This document shows positions 46,066 to 56,522 of a DNA stretch of 64,000 nucleotides, piece by piece. The stretch lies in IMG/VR virus record IMGVR_UViG_3300043411_000942, positions 1-64,000 of that record; one strand, written 5' to 3'. The translations under genes were made by a program, and so were the position numbers. How positions within the stretch are numbered: position 1 is the stretch's first letter; the number at the start of each line of letters is the position of its first letter. Below the pieces are notes generated by a model that worked only from the letters and a program-made list of their open reading frames with translations, did no database searches and had not been told where the DNA came from.

Positions 46066-46370
46066 TACGAAAGGAGCTGGTAGCTCCTTAACTACTTTTT
46101 AGAAGGTCTCCATCTCGACCACTTGATCTGCGCGGACAACCAGGTCTGCCTGAGCCATCCCACGCTCTACCTGGTAGGCTTGGAAGGGGGACTTGCAGAG
46201 GTAGAGTGTACCGAGACCATCGTCTCCGCCCACGATCCAAGTCTCGTTGTACTTGTTGTTGCAGCCGAGACTCGCCTCATAGGTCCAGGTCTTCGCGCCA
46301 TCCTTGAGAAGCTTGACCAGGGTTCCGGTTTTCATACAGAGTCCTACGAAAGGGGCGGGTAGCTCCTTAA
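46066..46370 (-). promoter_or_regulatory. Two near-identical promoters (46066-46091, 46345-46370), each 9 nt before an ATG
   Basis: agagtcctacgaaagg[a/g]gc[t/g]ggtagctccttaact occurs twice. Confidence 0.8.
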
Positions 46371-47641
46371 CTAGAATTCTCAGCTAGCTTGATCAGATGA
46401 AGGCATCGAAGACAAGTGACCTTTCGAAAGTCCTCGCTCAGCTTCCGGTTGTCGTCTGCTTTTCTGACTAGGGTACAGGCTGGGGACCCTGCGAGTAGGC
46501 GTGTGAGTTTTGTGCCTGTAACCCAGCGTAGGCCTCCACTGTAGTGGATCTTTTCGGGGGCCTTCGGGACTACCTTAGGTGCTTCGAGTTTCAGAAGGGC
46601 CTCTACGGCATTGTAGTGGGCCTCCCTAGCCAGGATCAGGCGTTGATCGGCTTGTAGCCACGCACTTGAATCTGGGTGACAGCTAGCAAGCTCTTCCAGC
46701 TTGCTAGCCATGTGGAATTCCTTTGCGGCCTTTACGACCGCTAGGGTGGCAGACTTGAGTCGGTTCATTTAGCCTTCAGTCCACAATGTTCGACCACTCT
46801 TCTTGGGAGGGGAAAGCTTCATCGTTGTCCCCGAACATAAGGGCTCGATTGTACTCGCCAATTTCCGAGGAGTCCAACCCCTGGTAGGTGGGGCGGTCGT
46901 TCTTACGGTTCTCAGCAATCACGGCCTTGATGTGTTCGAGTTCCATATCTCTAACTACGGAGGGGATGGGTCAGGGCTTAACGAGTTTCTAGCCCTTTAC
47001 AAAATCGACAAGAAGTACGCAGCTCTCCCCGACACCCTTGCGAGCTTAATCCCCTTATGGTATACACCAAGTGGTACGAGAGATCAGATAAGAGTAACCA
47101 TTCGCAGTTCGGTTCTCGGGTCAGCTTCCCTTACCCTTCGGGGTTAAACAAGCAAAGAGACCAATAGTAACTTTCCGACTGGACGCTCCCACTCAAGTCT
47201 CAAACACCCTCTCCTCTGACAACTTCATACGCTCTTCAAGGTAGCATCGGGTAGCACTTCCGATGTTTTGTCGTGTCTGAGGTTTTCATCTCGGATGGAA
47301 CGGCACTCGGAGCAGCACTTACAACCGTATTGGAGGCATTGCCCACACTCATCACAGCGATGGGGCTGGTCTCCAGCGAGGTATGTTTTCTCTTCTTGGG
47401 TGGGCATCGCGTTCTCCTACAGGTGGAACTCTTCGTACGCCTGGTCAATGAGGGTGCACCATTCCTCGGGGCACTCTGGGCTCATTGACGCGGACGTGTG
47501 GTGGGTGGTAAGAACTCGCACCTCAGCTTCGGGGCACAGCTCTCGGATCCTGGCTACGAGAGCATCCACGTCCTCGGGGCCTGCATCCTCCCCAAGGTAG
47601 CTGGGGTCACTGGAGATCGTGATGGTCTTCATGTTGAACCC

Positions 47642-47694
47642 TACGAAGGGGTACACTCACGATTTAACTTAAATCCCTCACCCTTCCTGACGTA
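47642..47694. promoter_or_regulatory. Divergent promoter pair at the main strand switch
   Basis: TTAA c TTAA (47664-47672). CGTA lies 18 nt away on each side, and ATGs follow at 47632 (-) and 47704 (+), each 9 nt further. Confidence 0.8.
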
Positions 47695-47703
47695 AGGTAG
47701 GGC

Positions 47704-50700
47704 ATGACCCTCAGTCTTACCACCAGTATCCATGCCGATCAGCCCTTGTACCAGCAAATCATAAAGGCCGTTGAGGTCTTCACCAACGCCAAGTTTGAGG
47801 GGCCCCACACCGTGGAGTCCCCGTCCAAGGGGTCAATCCTGACCCTGACCTGGGACCCTAATGCAAGATGCTTTCTGGTCGAGGGACAGGTGAGCAAGTA
47901 CACCTCTGTGACGAGGGGAAATGTACTGAAGCTTTTATCTGGGGGAGCTGATCATTTTGGTATAATCCTTGCGGTAGCCAACATGATCCCCCACCTTTAC
48001 GGTGTCTGCAAGGAAGAGGAGCAGCGTCAAAAAGAGTACGCTGTTCAGGTTCAACAGGGGATGGCAAACTTCCTCAAGTCGTTCGAGTGATCCTCAGATC
48101 CTCCAAGTACATCCTGAGCAAGACCAAGGTTGCTATGAGCATTGACAAGACTGATATCTTCTTTGTCTGGACTGGAAAGGTCCCTACCCCTGAGCAGGTT
48201 GCAGCGGCTCAGGTTTACATCCAGAAGGAGTTCGGGATCAATTTCCAATTCCCCGAGCCATCAGATGCGGATGTGGAGTACTTCAAGCGGGTCTCTAATC
48301 TGACTGAATTGGAGGGGTTCCCACGCTGCTTTAACGGTGGGGTACACAAGGTCAAGAAGGTCATGGAATTCTTGGATGGGCTTGGCATTGGGTCCCGTGT
48401 CAACGTGTCAGAGTACACCTACGATGACTACCTCAAGCCTCCGTACAACATCTACTCCCGTCTAGGTGAGGAGCACACTGGGATTGCTGACGCCAAGGCC
48501 CAAATCCAAAAGGTGCTCGACCTCCTCCCCGCTAGAGATCGTAAGTACATCCTCTCGACCCTTGGGAAGTAACGATGCACTTCTACGTCTACAGCTTCAA
48601 GGATGGTCACTACACTTACGCTAGGACCGAGGGCAGTTGTCGGTCACACCATCCGAAAAGCTTTCTACTGAAATCCGGTTAAACCTCGGGGCTTCCTACA
48701 CGTAGTAGGGATCACAATGGCAAAGTTTCGAGTTAGTGCGACCATCTACAAGACAGATAAGAGCCCCAGGACGTCGGTCTTTGACGGCCCTTGGAAAGCT
48801 TCTCCAGAAGAGGCCCTTGACGCATTCAAGGCGAAGCTTGTAAAGCAAGGGCTGGACCGTAAAGGTCTTTTCAAACCCTTCGTTGCTGAGCAGCTGCCCC
48901 GAGGAATGGCACCCGAGGCGGATAGCCGATACGGCTATCAGCGACTCTCTGAGGATGCTGCCACCCAACTCAACCTTCGTGGGTTGAGGGCATTCAAGTA
49001 AGTTCTAGGTTAAACCCTCAACCCTCCCACACGTAAACAAGAAAGAAGGACTACCATGACGACCAAGAAGATCATCGTTTCGCAGGAAGACTACAAGGAA
49101 GCCGCTCAGGAGATGGTGACCTTTCTCCAGCGCCAGCAGGAGAAGCTAGGGGAGATCATCAAGAACTTGAGCATCTCGACCGACTTCTCCCCTATCACCA
49201 TCGAAGCCATGCGTGAGGCCACTCAGGAGATGAAGGCCACTCCGGTTCAGTTGGCAAAAATGGTCAGCGTTTCGGTGCAACGGGGTCTCAGCTCCTTCGA
49301 GGAAGATAAGCTTCGCTTCCAGGAAGGCCTGAACGAGCGTAAGCAGAAGCTCCTAAACGGCACCCTCCGGATCAACCGACGAGATGAGGCGGCTGAGTGA
49401 AGCTGCCGATCCTCATCGATGCTGACGAGGTTGCAGGTGTCTACGCTGCCCTCTGCTCCATGGTCTTGGACATTCACTGTCCTCAGGATCAACTTACAGC
49501 TGAGGAGTGGGAGAAGGCCAAAAGCACTTGGGCTCGGCTTGAACACGAGATGAATCGTCGAGCCTTGGAGGAAAAGAATGAGCACACGACCACTGCACAC
49601 GATCGCTAGAACCAACTCCTCGGTCCACATCACAACCCCACGTAACTCCGAGGTTCTTGGTCTTATTGGGGGTGGTCTCGTACACGAGGGGTTAGCCCTG
49701 ACCAATGACGAGGTTCGGGCCCTTCGGAAGCTCTACGGGTACGACGAACCTCGGAAGCGTCCGCGCTTGTCTGAGGAAGAGGAGCCTTCTTACGAGGTTC
49801 GCGAACAGATTCGAAAGGCGGACAAGAGCCAAAAGGTGGAGGACTTTCATCAGGCGGGGGCAGACCGTAACCTCATCCGACACGCCCAACTTGATGGGTT
49901 GCGGCTAGTTGCCTGGCTGGCCAAGTTCGTAGACAAGGATGAGGACCCTCTCGCCTTCCTTGTCAGTGTAATGGCAGACAGCGGGATGGACGTGGACATC
50001 GAAGACATCGAGTGGGTTCACGGTACAGCTGACGACCCCCCTGACTTTGACCCACGATAAAGGTGGAACTATGGGTAATCAATCAACATTAGTAAGCGTT
50101 CCAGTCCAGCGTAAGGAGCTTGTAGCTTTGCTTGACCTCGAAGCTAGGGTAGTTTGCCTGCATTACGCAATGGATCACAGCCCTGGGAACGACCTGGGAG
50201 CAACGGCCATTGCCCTTGCTCACGCTGACCTCCGAGCGGCCATCAAACGCCTTGCGAACCTACGAGGGCATGAGCTGAGCGGCTCCCTCTTTCTGTCTGA
50301 GATGCTCGTGCGGCATGCCACGAAACTTCCATGATCTAGTTAACTCCTTCAACCTCCCTCTCGTAGGTACAGGTATGAAGTTCAAGAAGGTAGCTCCTGC
50401 GATTCACCTCTCTTCTACCTCGGTCACCTACCGTGACATCTACGGGGGAGTTCATACCTCCCAGGTGACTCTGCGCATTGATGCGCGGACCAAGGGTCGG
50501 ATTCGGGTGGACCGGGCATCCTTCGGGATGTGGGAAGCCATTGACAACAACTGGCTTGGGTGTAAGACCCTCGTAGCTGCGCGTAAGATCGCAGAAGACT
50601 GGGCTACCCGAGCCAACGCCCAAGCTACCCTCAGCCCGCTTGAGTCCTAGATTCAGGTTAAACCTTCTAACCTCCAAGACGTAGTACTCTCCATGACCAC

Positions 50701-53700
50701 CTCCAAGTCCGCTAGCTACCCCTCAAAGACCACTGAACTCACGGTTCTGCGAAAGTTTCCGTCCGCATTTACCTGGGGACGGATCGTGGCCTTCCATGAT
50801 CTGGGTCCCTACACGATCGCAGGGTTCCACCCTATCTCCTACACTGGGGAAAGCAAAACCAAGCATCTGGACGTCACGGAGTATCATGTGTGGGTGGACG
50901 GTAAGGATACCTGTACGGGAGCTAAGAGCTTGGAGGAAGCCATCCTGCTTGGGATTGGCATCCGCAACCTGGGTGCAAACAGTGGCCCCCACATGGCACG
51001 AGCTGCCTTCAAGATCCTTCAGTGACCCCCTACCAAAGGGTTTGCGAGCTGCACTTCAAGTTTCTTGAAGACGTTCACACCCTTCTCGTAACTGAGGCGG
51101 GAGCAGACCCAGACTCCAAGCAAACCTTTATGAGGTACATGCTGGACCCTACAGGGAACCAGGTAAAGGAGTACCGCTTCAAAGGGGCGTTTAGAGGCGG
51201 TGGTAAGCTCTGGATGGACAACAGTAAGTTCTGGATGGGCAACTCCCCCTACTGGGTCTCCTGCTACCCCGAGCACTACGCAGAGCTTGGTGCTCGTGTG
51301 GTCTACCTCAACGAAAAGATTGAGGCCCTCTACCTAGCGTATGCAACCAAGAGCCGAGAGCTAGTCCCATGAACAAAGCACGTCGTAGACTCGCCCGAGC
51401 ACGTAGGTACCGAGACCGGGCTTACATTCCACAAGGCTGGACCATGGGTGGAATGAGCCCAGAGTTCCCAACGAAGACGGAAGAGCAGGTAGCTCGATTC
51501 GTGGCGGAAGTCACGAGGCGAGCACGGAAGAACAAGGTCCTTGTTATCACTTGGAACGACCGCATGGTGCAAGACCTTCGGCGTCTCCTCCCCACAGACC
51601 TGACCACGGCATGGGATGTGGCGCTCCATGTGAAAGTAGTTTCCCTGTGGGATGCCTTTCACCAGAGCAATCTGGCCCTCAACTTTCGCGGGCACATCAC
51701 TGCCTTTCCTGCCTCTAACTTCAAGCTGAGAGCTTAAGCAGCTCTCGTCTCTTTCCGTAGGGTTCAACATGTACGAAGATTCCAGGCGACCTCAAGAGGT
51801 CAAAGCCTACACGAAGGAGATTCTTGCTCCTCTGATGTATGAAGCCTACATTAGCACCGCCTACAGTAGCACCGAGGGCAATTGGCCCGACTGGTCGGGC
51901 CTTCCTGAGGGTGTAAGGAAGTTTTGGCTGCTCAAAGCAAACAAGTCGATAATGTTCCTTGCGCTGAGTGGCACGAGTATCACGGACTCGGAGAAGCACG
52001 TAGCACTTCTAGCCTACCTCCTGTGGGATGGTAGCCTGTGGGAGGGCAGTGGCATTGATGCTTGGATGGCAGTGGCCAGACTTGTTCTAGCTAAGTTGAA
52101 AGGAGCCTAATCATGGACCCCAAGAACAGAGAGCACCTGAGAGCCCGTCTACTTCAAAAGAATCTCCCTAGCCTGACGGGCACCTGGGTCATTCGTGGGG
52201 AGGACGACAACGCAGACCTGGCTGGTCCTCACTATACGCCGAAACTTGGCAAGGTGAGGGGGACCTATGCGCAAGCAGTGGACTACGCCCTGTCCATTCC
52301 TAGCTTCGTTTCATGGGGTAGAGGGGGTTCGATCGACCTTGACCAAGAGGAGGAAGTCATTGACCTCGACAACCTTCAGGAAGCCCTTCGAGAGAAGCTC
52401 TTTCTTGAGCGTGACGCCCTGAACAGGCGCATCGACGAGATTGAGAATACCCTTCGGGCTATGCCACGAAAGGGGTAACAAGTGATTGAACCACAAGAGA
52501 ACGAAGAGGAAGCACTCGCTCTTGCCCTTCGACTTGGGCTTGAAGAGTGTGAGCGTCTGAGGGCCAAGTGTCAGGTGCTTGAAGACCGACTAGATTATCA
52601 AGACCAGCTTCGGTGGTTGGGAAGGGAACCTGTATGAGCGGTGTAGTTTACTTCAAGGACCGTACGGGGTACATCCGTAAGCTTCCTGCGGACGCCCCTG
52701 CTCGCTACAAGGGTAGTGGGGATATGTTCCTGGTAGGCGCTGCTAGCACGACGGATGTTCTAATACAGGTCTATGACAATGGGTGGATCGAGGGGTCTGT
52801 TATTGGACCCCCAACCCGCTATGTCTTCGAGCTAGTGTGGGAGTCCTGGGAAGGCGAGCAAGACCTCCGCTCTGCTCTCCTTGCATCGATAAAGTCCTCG
52901 GAGGTAGCCACCAAGCCGATCTTGACCCGAGTCTACCCGGTCTGCGACTCGACGAAGGCTGTAGTGACCCGATCTTGTAAGCTTTGACCTAGGCTCCTGG
53001 AAGAGTAAAGCCATGAATACACTTCAAGAACAACTTGCCCACCTACGCTCATTGAAGGACGGGTGGGATGAGGACCCCAGGGAGCGAGAACCCGCTCCAG
53101 CACCTACCCCAAAGGTCATCGAGGATGCTGAGCGGGTAGCTCTAGCCCTTGAGGCCTCAGGCTTCACGGATGTCACGCTCAGTGCTGACGTCATGGGTGG
53201 CGTTTGGCTGGGTGTGAGCCGAGGGTGGATTATCTTCCGCAACAAAGGCACGAGAATTGCCTTGGGTAAGGGATTTTGAACCTCAAGATCCTACAAATTC
53301 AAGTCTTGGTTAGGCCCCACCATCCCGACCTCGTAAGCTTTGACCTAGACGACGAGGTATCTAGCCCATTTCCTGTCTTTGGGGACCGAGCTTCTGTCTC
53401 GACTCTCGTTCAGGCAGGTTATGGGTTGGGTTCAGGAAAACTTCCCTGGGGTTCCTGTCCTTGTTGAAGAACACTCCCAGCTTGGCTCGAAAGAATCTGG
53501 TTAAAGGTTGACCCCGAGGTTACGTAGGATAGAATGAGGGTGAGACGAAGAGAACCTCTTCAATCTGCCCAACCTCCTCAGCTGGACCTAATCAACCTAG
53601 CTGAAAGCACTCGACGAGATGAGGGAGAAGTGATTAACTCTCTTGGCAAGCTTGGCGTAACCTTCTGGCGTAACCCGGAAAAGCTAGGCAAAAAAGCCCC

Positions 53701-53719
53701 TACGTGTCGCCTAATATAG
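47704..53719 (+). CDS. Array of about 18 short hypothetical (probably early) genes with interspersed promoters at 48679, 49010, 50658, 51734 and 53501
   Basis: Coupled short ORFs; no recognisable families. Confidence 0.6.
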
Positions 53720-53858
53720 GCTCTCTAGGTTCTCTCGGGTGTGAGTTTGGGCAGACTTAAGAGGCTCTCGGAAGAGACCCAAAGAAAAAACGTAGAAGAC
53801 GCAAAATAAGTTAAGAGTGATGAAGCTCTTGGCGTAATGAGAATCAAGGAGACTGAAA

Positions 53859-54329
53859 ATGACGATGACAAAGGAAGAGTTGCTCGCGTGTATTGAGAAG
53901 AAGGTCACTGACCTTGCCACTATCGCTGCCGGGAAGGCACGGTTGGAGGGGCAGGAGAGGGCCTTCATTGCTGAGCTGCTTGCGGCTCATGGGAAGGGAC
54001 CCCACATGGTGCTGGGTAAGCCCAAGTTCATCTTCACCAGCAAGACAGGTAACGTCTACATCTCTGACCCTCGCGGTACCATGAAGGGTGTCAAGCGAGG
54101 CCCCCGTAAGCCCAAGGTGGCTCCTCCGGTGGAGACGGTGGCTGAGGTTCCGATGGCTGCGGCTGTTACCGCCTCGGCTGAGGAGGAGGCTCCTGAGGCT
54201 CCTGAGGATGAGGCTCCTGAGTCGGGTGGCTTCACGGCTGAGCAGCTGGCGGACAAGCCAGAGGATGCCTTTGAGGGCTCGGAGGATGAGGATGATGAGG
54301 ATCCTCTCGCTGGACTGGACCTCGACTGA
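53859..54329 (+). CDS. Protein with a basic KRGPRKPK segment and a very acidic C-terminal tail; possible nucleoid-associated protein
   Basis: Promoter at 53811-53836, AAGGAG SD, strongly biased codons (GAG/GCT/AAG). Confidence 0.7.
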   Translation: MTMTKEELLACIEKKVTDLATIAAGKARLEGQERAFIAELLAAHGKGPHMVLGKPKFIFTSKTGNVYISDPRGTMKGVKRGPRKPKVAPPVETVAEVPMAAAVTASAEEEAPEAPEDEAPESGGFTAEQLADKPEDAFEGSEDEDDEDPLAGLDLD

Positions 54330-54336
54330 GATGACT

Positions 54337-54372
54337 GGGGTGTAGGAGAGCTGGAACTCTCTCCTACACCCC
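54337..54372 (+). other. Strong hairpin without a U-tract (processing/stabilising site or weak terminator)
   Basis: ggggtgtaggagag...ctctcctacacccc. Confidence 0.65.
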
Positions 54373-54479
54373 CTTAGAGGGCAGAAGACTGAGCACACTG
54401 CATGGTGACCTAGGAGAGCTAGGTACGGCTTGTTGTGTGGCCTGTGAAACACAGTGCGCTCATTCTCCTGCCCTCTAAG
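54373..54479 (+). ncRNA. Unrecognised structured RNA motif, copy 1
   Basis: Closing stem of about 25 bp around the core ATGGTG-[acctag GAGAG ctaggt]-ACGGC-N10-GCC-TGTGAAACA. Strand inferred from flanking genes. Confidence 0.7.
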
Positions 54480-54493
54480 AAAGACCCGATTAT

Positions 54494-54577
54494 GCCGAAT
54501 CGCGAGGCCGCAAGGCCGTAAGGGCGACCCTCAGATGGCCAAGAGGGGATCAGGTTCAAGCCCTGGATTCGGCGCCT
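54494..54577 (+). ncRNA. Non-canonical tRNA-like element
   Basis: 7-bp acceptor stem GCCGAAT/ATTCGGC; T-arm TCAGG-TTCAAGC-CCTGG; stem CCCTC/GAGGG with a 10-nt loop; atypical D region (GGCC-GCAA-GGCC). Confidence 0.7.
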
Positions 54578-54587
54578 ATTACACTCA

Positions 54588-54685
54588 GGAGTAAAAGATT
54601 GAGCCTATTGAATGGTGTCCTGGGAGACCCAGGGACGGCGCATGTATGTCCGCTCATGAAACACAATAGGCTCGTTCTTTTGCCC
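54588..54685 (+). ncRNA. Unrecognised structured RNA motif, copy 2
   Basis: Closing stem of about 20 bp around the core ATGGTG-[tcctgg GAGAC ccaggg]-ACGGC-N12-GCT-CATGAAACA. Confidence 0.7.
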
Positions 54686-54852
54686 CTCAGGAGGCCCCAA
54701 TGCTCTGCGGTTACTGCCTAGGTCATTCAGTACGCTGAGGACACGGCCTACGCCCACGTCGCTCTAGCGGCCTCATGAAGTGTACACCGTACTCTTCCAA
54801 GAAGTATTCGCTAGGATCGTCAACGCCACCCAACTGTACTACTGAGTAACCC

Positions 54853-55026
54853 ATGTTCAAGCTAATTCTACGCCCACGATACGACTCCGACAACACCTAC
54901 CCGAGCGATATCACCATCCTCCAGACAGAGGACGGTCACTTGTCGATTGACTTGGGCGATCGAAGGATTGAGGTAGACAAGAACGACATTAGCAAGCTCA
55001 GTAAGTTGCTTGACTTGAGTCAATAG
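54853..55026 (+). CDS. 57-aa hypothetical protein (below the ORF-track cutoff)
   Basis: MFKLILRPRYDSDNTYPSDITILQTEDGHLSIDLGDRRIEVDKNDISKLSKLLDLSQ. Confidence 0.5.
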   Translation: MFKLILRPRYDSDNTYPSDITILQTEDGHLSIDLGDRRIEVDKNDISKLSKLLDLSQ

Positions 55027-55029
55027 CCC

Positions 55030-55240
55030 TTAAGGGTTAGCCCTGAGCGTACGTAGTAGAGTGTGGGTCACCTGAGACGTGACCCCTCTAAAACCGCGTG
55101 ATTATCTTTTCGATTACCGGTAAGAGCCCAAAACCGCGTATTCAGTTAGCGTATGGTCATGGTGCGGCGGTAAACCCCAAACTAAAGACTATCCAAGACA
55201 GACTATCCAAGACAGACTAGACTACCCAAGACTACCCCTC
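55030..55240 (+). repeat. Promoter motif followed by a non-coding hairpin and AAAACCGCGT / AGACTA(T/C)CCAAGAC repeats
   Basis: TTAA 55030, CGTA 55052, hairpin gggtcac-ctgagac-gtgaccc from 55065; repeats at about 55090, 55130 and 55185-55238. Confidence 0.65.
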
Positions 55241-56408
55241 TTCAACGACCCAAAATCCCTTTCCTACAGCAACGACCAGGGTCAGAAAATTTCTAGGGGA
55301 AATTTTTTGAGGGCCCAGAAAACTCAAAGAGCATGGCAACGAGTTTCCGATTCACTGCAACTGCAAATCGAAATGGCATGGGGGCCAAGAACCCTGGGGT
55401 ATACAACACCTGCACCTGCCACCCGATACAGTGGGGGGCTAAGAAGGCAGCCCGTCGAGCCCGGAGACGGATCTCCAAGCAAGTCATCCTAGAGGGGTGT
55501 GGAGAGTTGACATGAGGGGGCTGACTGCGATGGAGAGTGAAGTGCTTTCTGAAGACTCGCGAATCGAGGATGACGTCTACCTCAATCTTCTCGCAGAGCC
55601 GCTAGACCCGTCCGGTGGCGGCAACATGTCGAGCGAGATCGCAGCAACGCGTGAGAGGCTTACCGTGCGCGGTTGCCTGGAGCTATTTGTGTTTACCTAC
55701 TCAGACGGATCTGACGACTCGACTTGGCGCATCACCTCTCGTGGCCGTCTCGCTCTCCTTTGCCACCAGGCCCTGAAATGAACTACCTCGAAAAGTTGAA
55801 CGTACGGCTGGATGAGGCTCACTACGTGAGTTGCCCACAAGACTTCAAGGGTGACTTGCTACGAGCTTACGAAGTAGCTGACAACCCCAAGGCTGAGGCA
55901 GCGTTTTTCATCGCGTGCCATCATATGGCTTTGTTGGGAGGGCACAAGGACGTAGCCGTGCTCTTTGCGGATCTTGTGACCCTGATTAAGTAGATGAGGA
56001 AGCCCAAGCCACGTAAGAACAGAGCATACAGACGCAGAGGCAAGCGTGCGTGGTACGCCGCGATGAAAGCCACCGGGGAGTACCTGCACAGGAAGATGAG
56101 GGAGCCGAGCATCACACGCAGTATGTTCTCGATAACCCAGGTGACAGAAGTGGAGGCTACTCGATGACTACTTGGAAGACGACATGGTTGGCCAGGCTAC
56201 ACGTTCGGTTCCGTAAGTGGTTGCTGCCGAGGCTGCACCATCCCATCTGCCCCTTGTACCGGTACGAGTTCATCCGGATGCTAGAGCTATTCCACCATCG
56301 TAAGCCGCACACGCGATCCGCCCTGTGGGGTATGGAGGCTCAGTGTTTTTGTCCCAGAGCACTGAAGTAGTAGTTAAGTCTCCAGGCTCAAGCTACGTAG
56401 GACTCTAC

Positions 56409-56522
56409 ATGGGAAACTACGACGACTGGAAGTGCACGGACCCCCGCGACTCCGAGTACGATGGGGAGGATGAGGACCCCTCCTCCTTCGAGGTCGAGAA
56501 AGACTACTCCAATGAGGATTGA
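56409..56522 (+). CDS. 37-aa highly acidic peptide, paralog of 62313-62426
   Basis: MGNYDDWKCTDPRDSEYDGEDEDPSSFEVEKDYSNED; ATG 9 nt after promoter 56374-56399. Confidence 0.75.
   Translation: MGNYDDWKCTDPRDSEYDGEDEDPSSFEVEKDYSNED

Noticed and set aside
54430-54440. Copy-1 variable loop complementary to ccacacaac in the 61692 promoter spacer
   Set aside because: A 9-nt match is expected by chance in 64 kb.
54494-54577. Canonical tRNA or tmRNA
   Set aside because: No 7-nt anticodon loop, no standard D-arm, no G3:U70 pair and no tag ORF.
55185-55240. CRISPR or TIGR-like array
   Set aside because: The repeats are short, irregular and adjacent, with no unique spacers of constant length. No cas-like gene is nearby.
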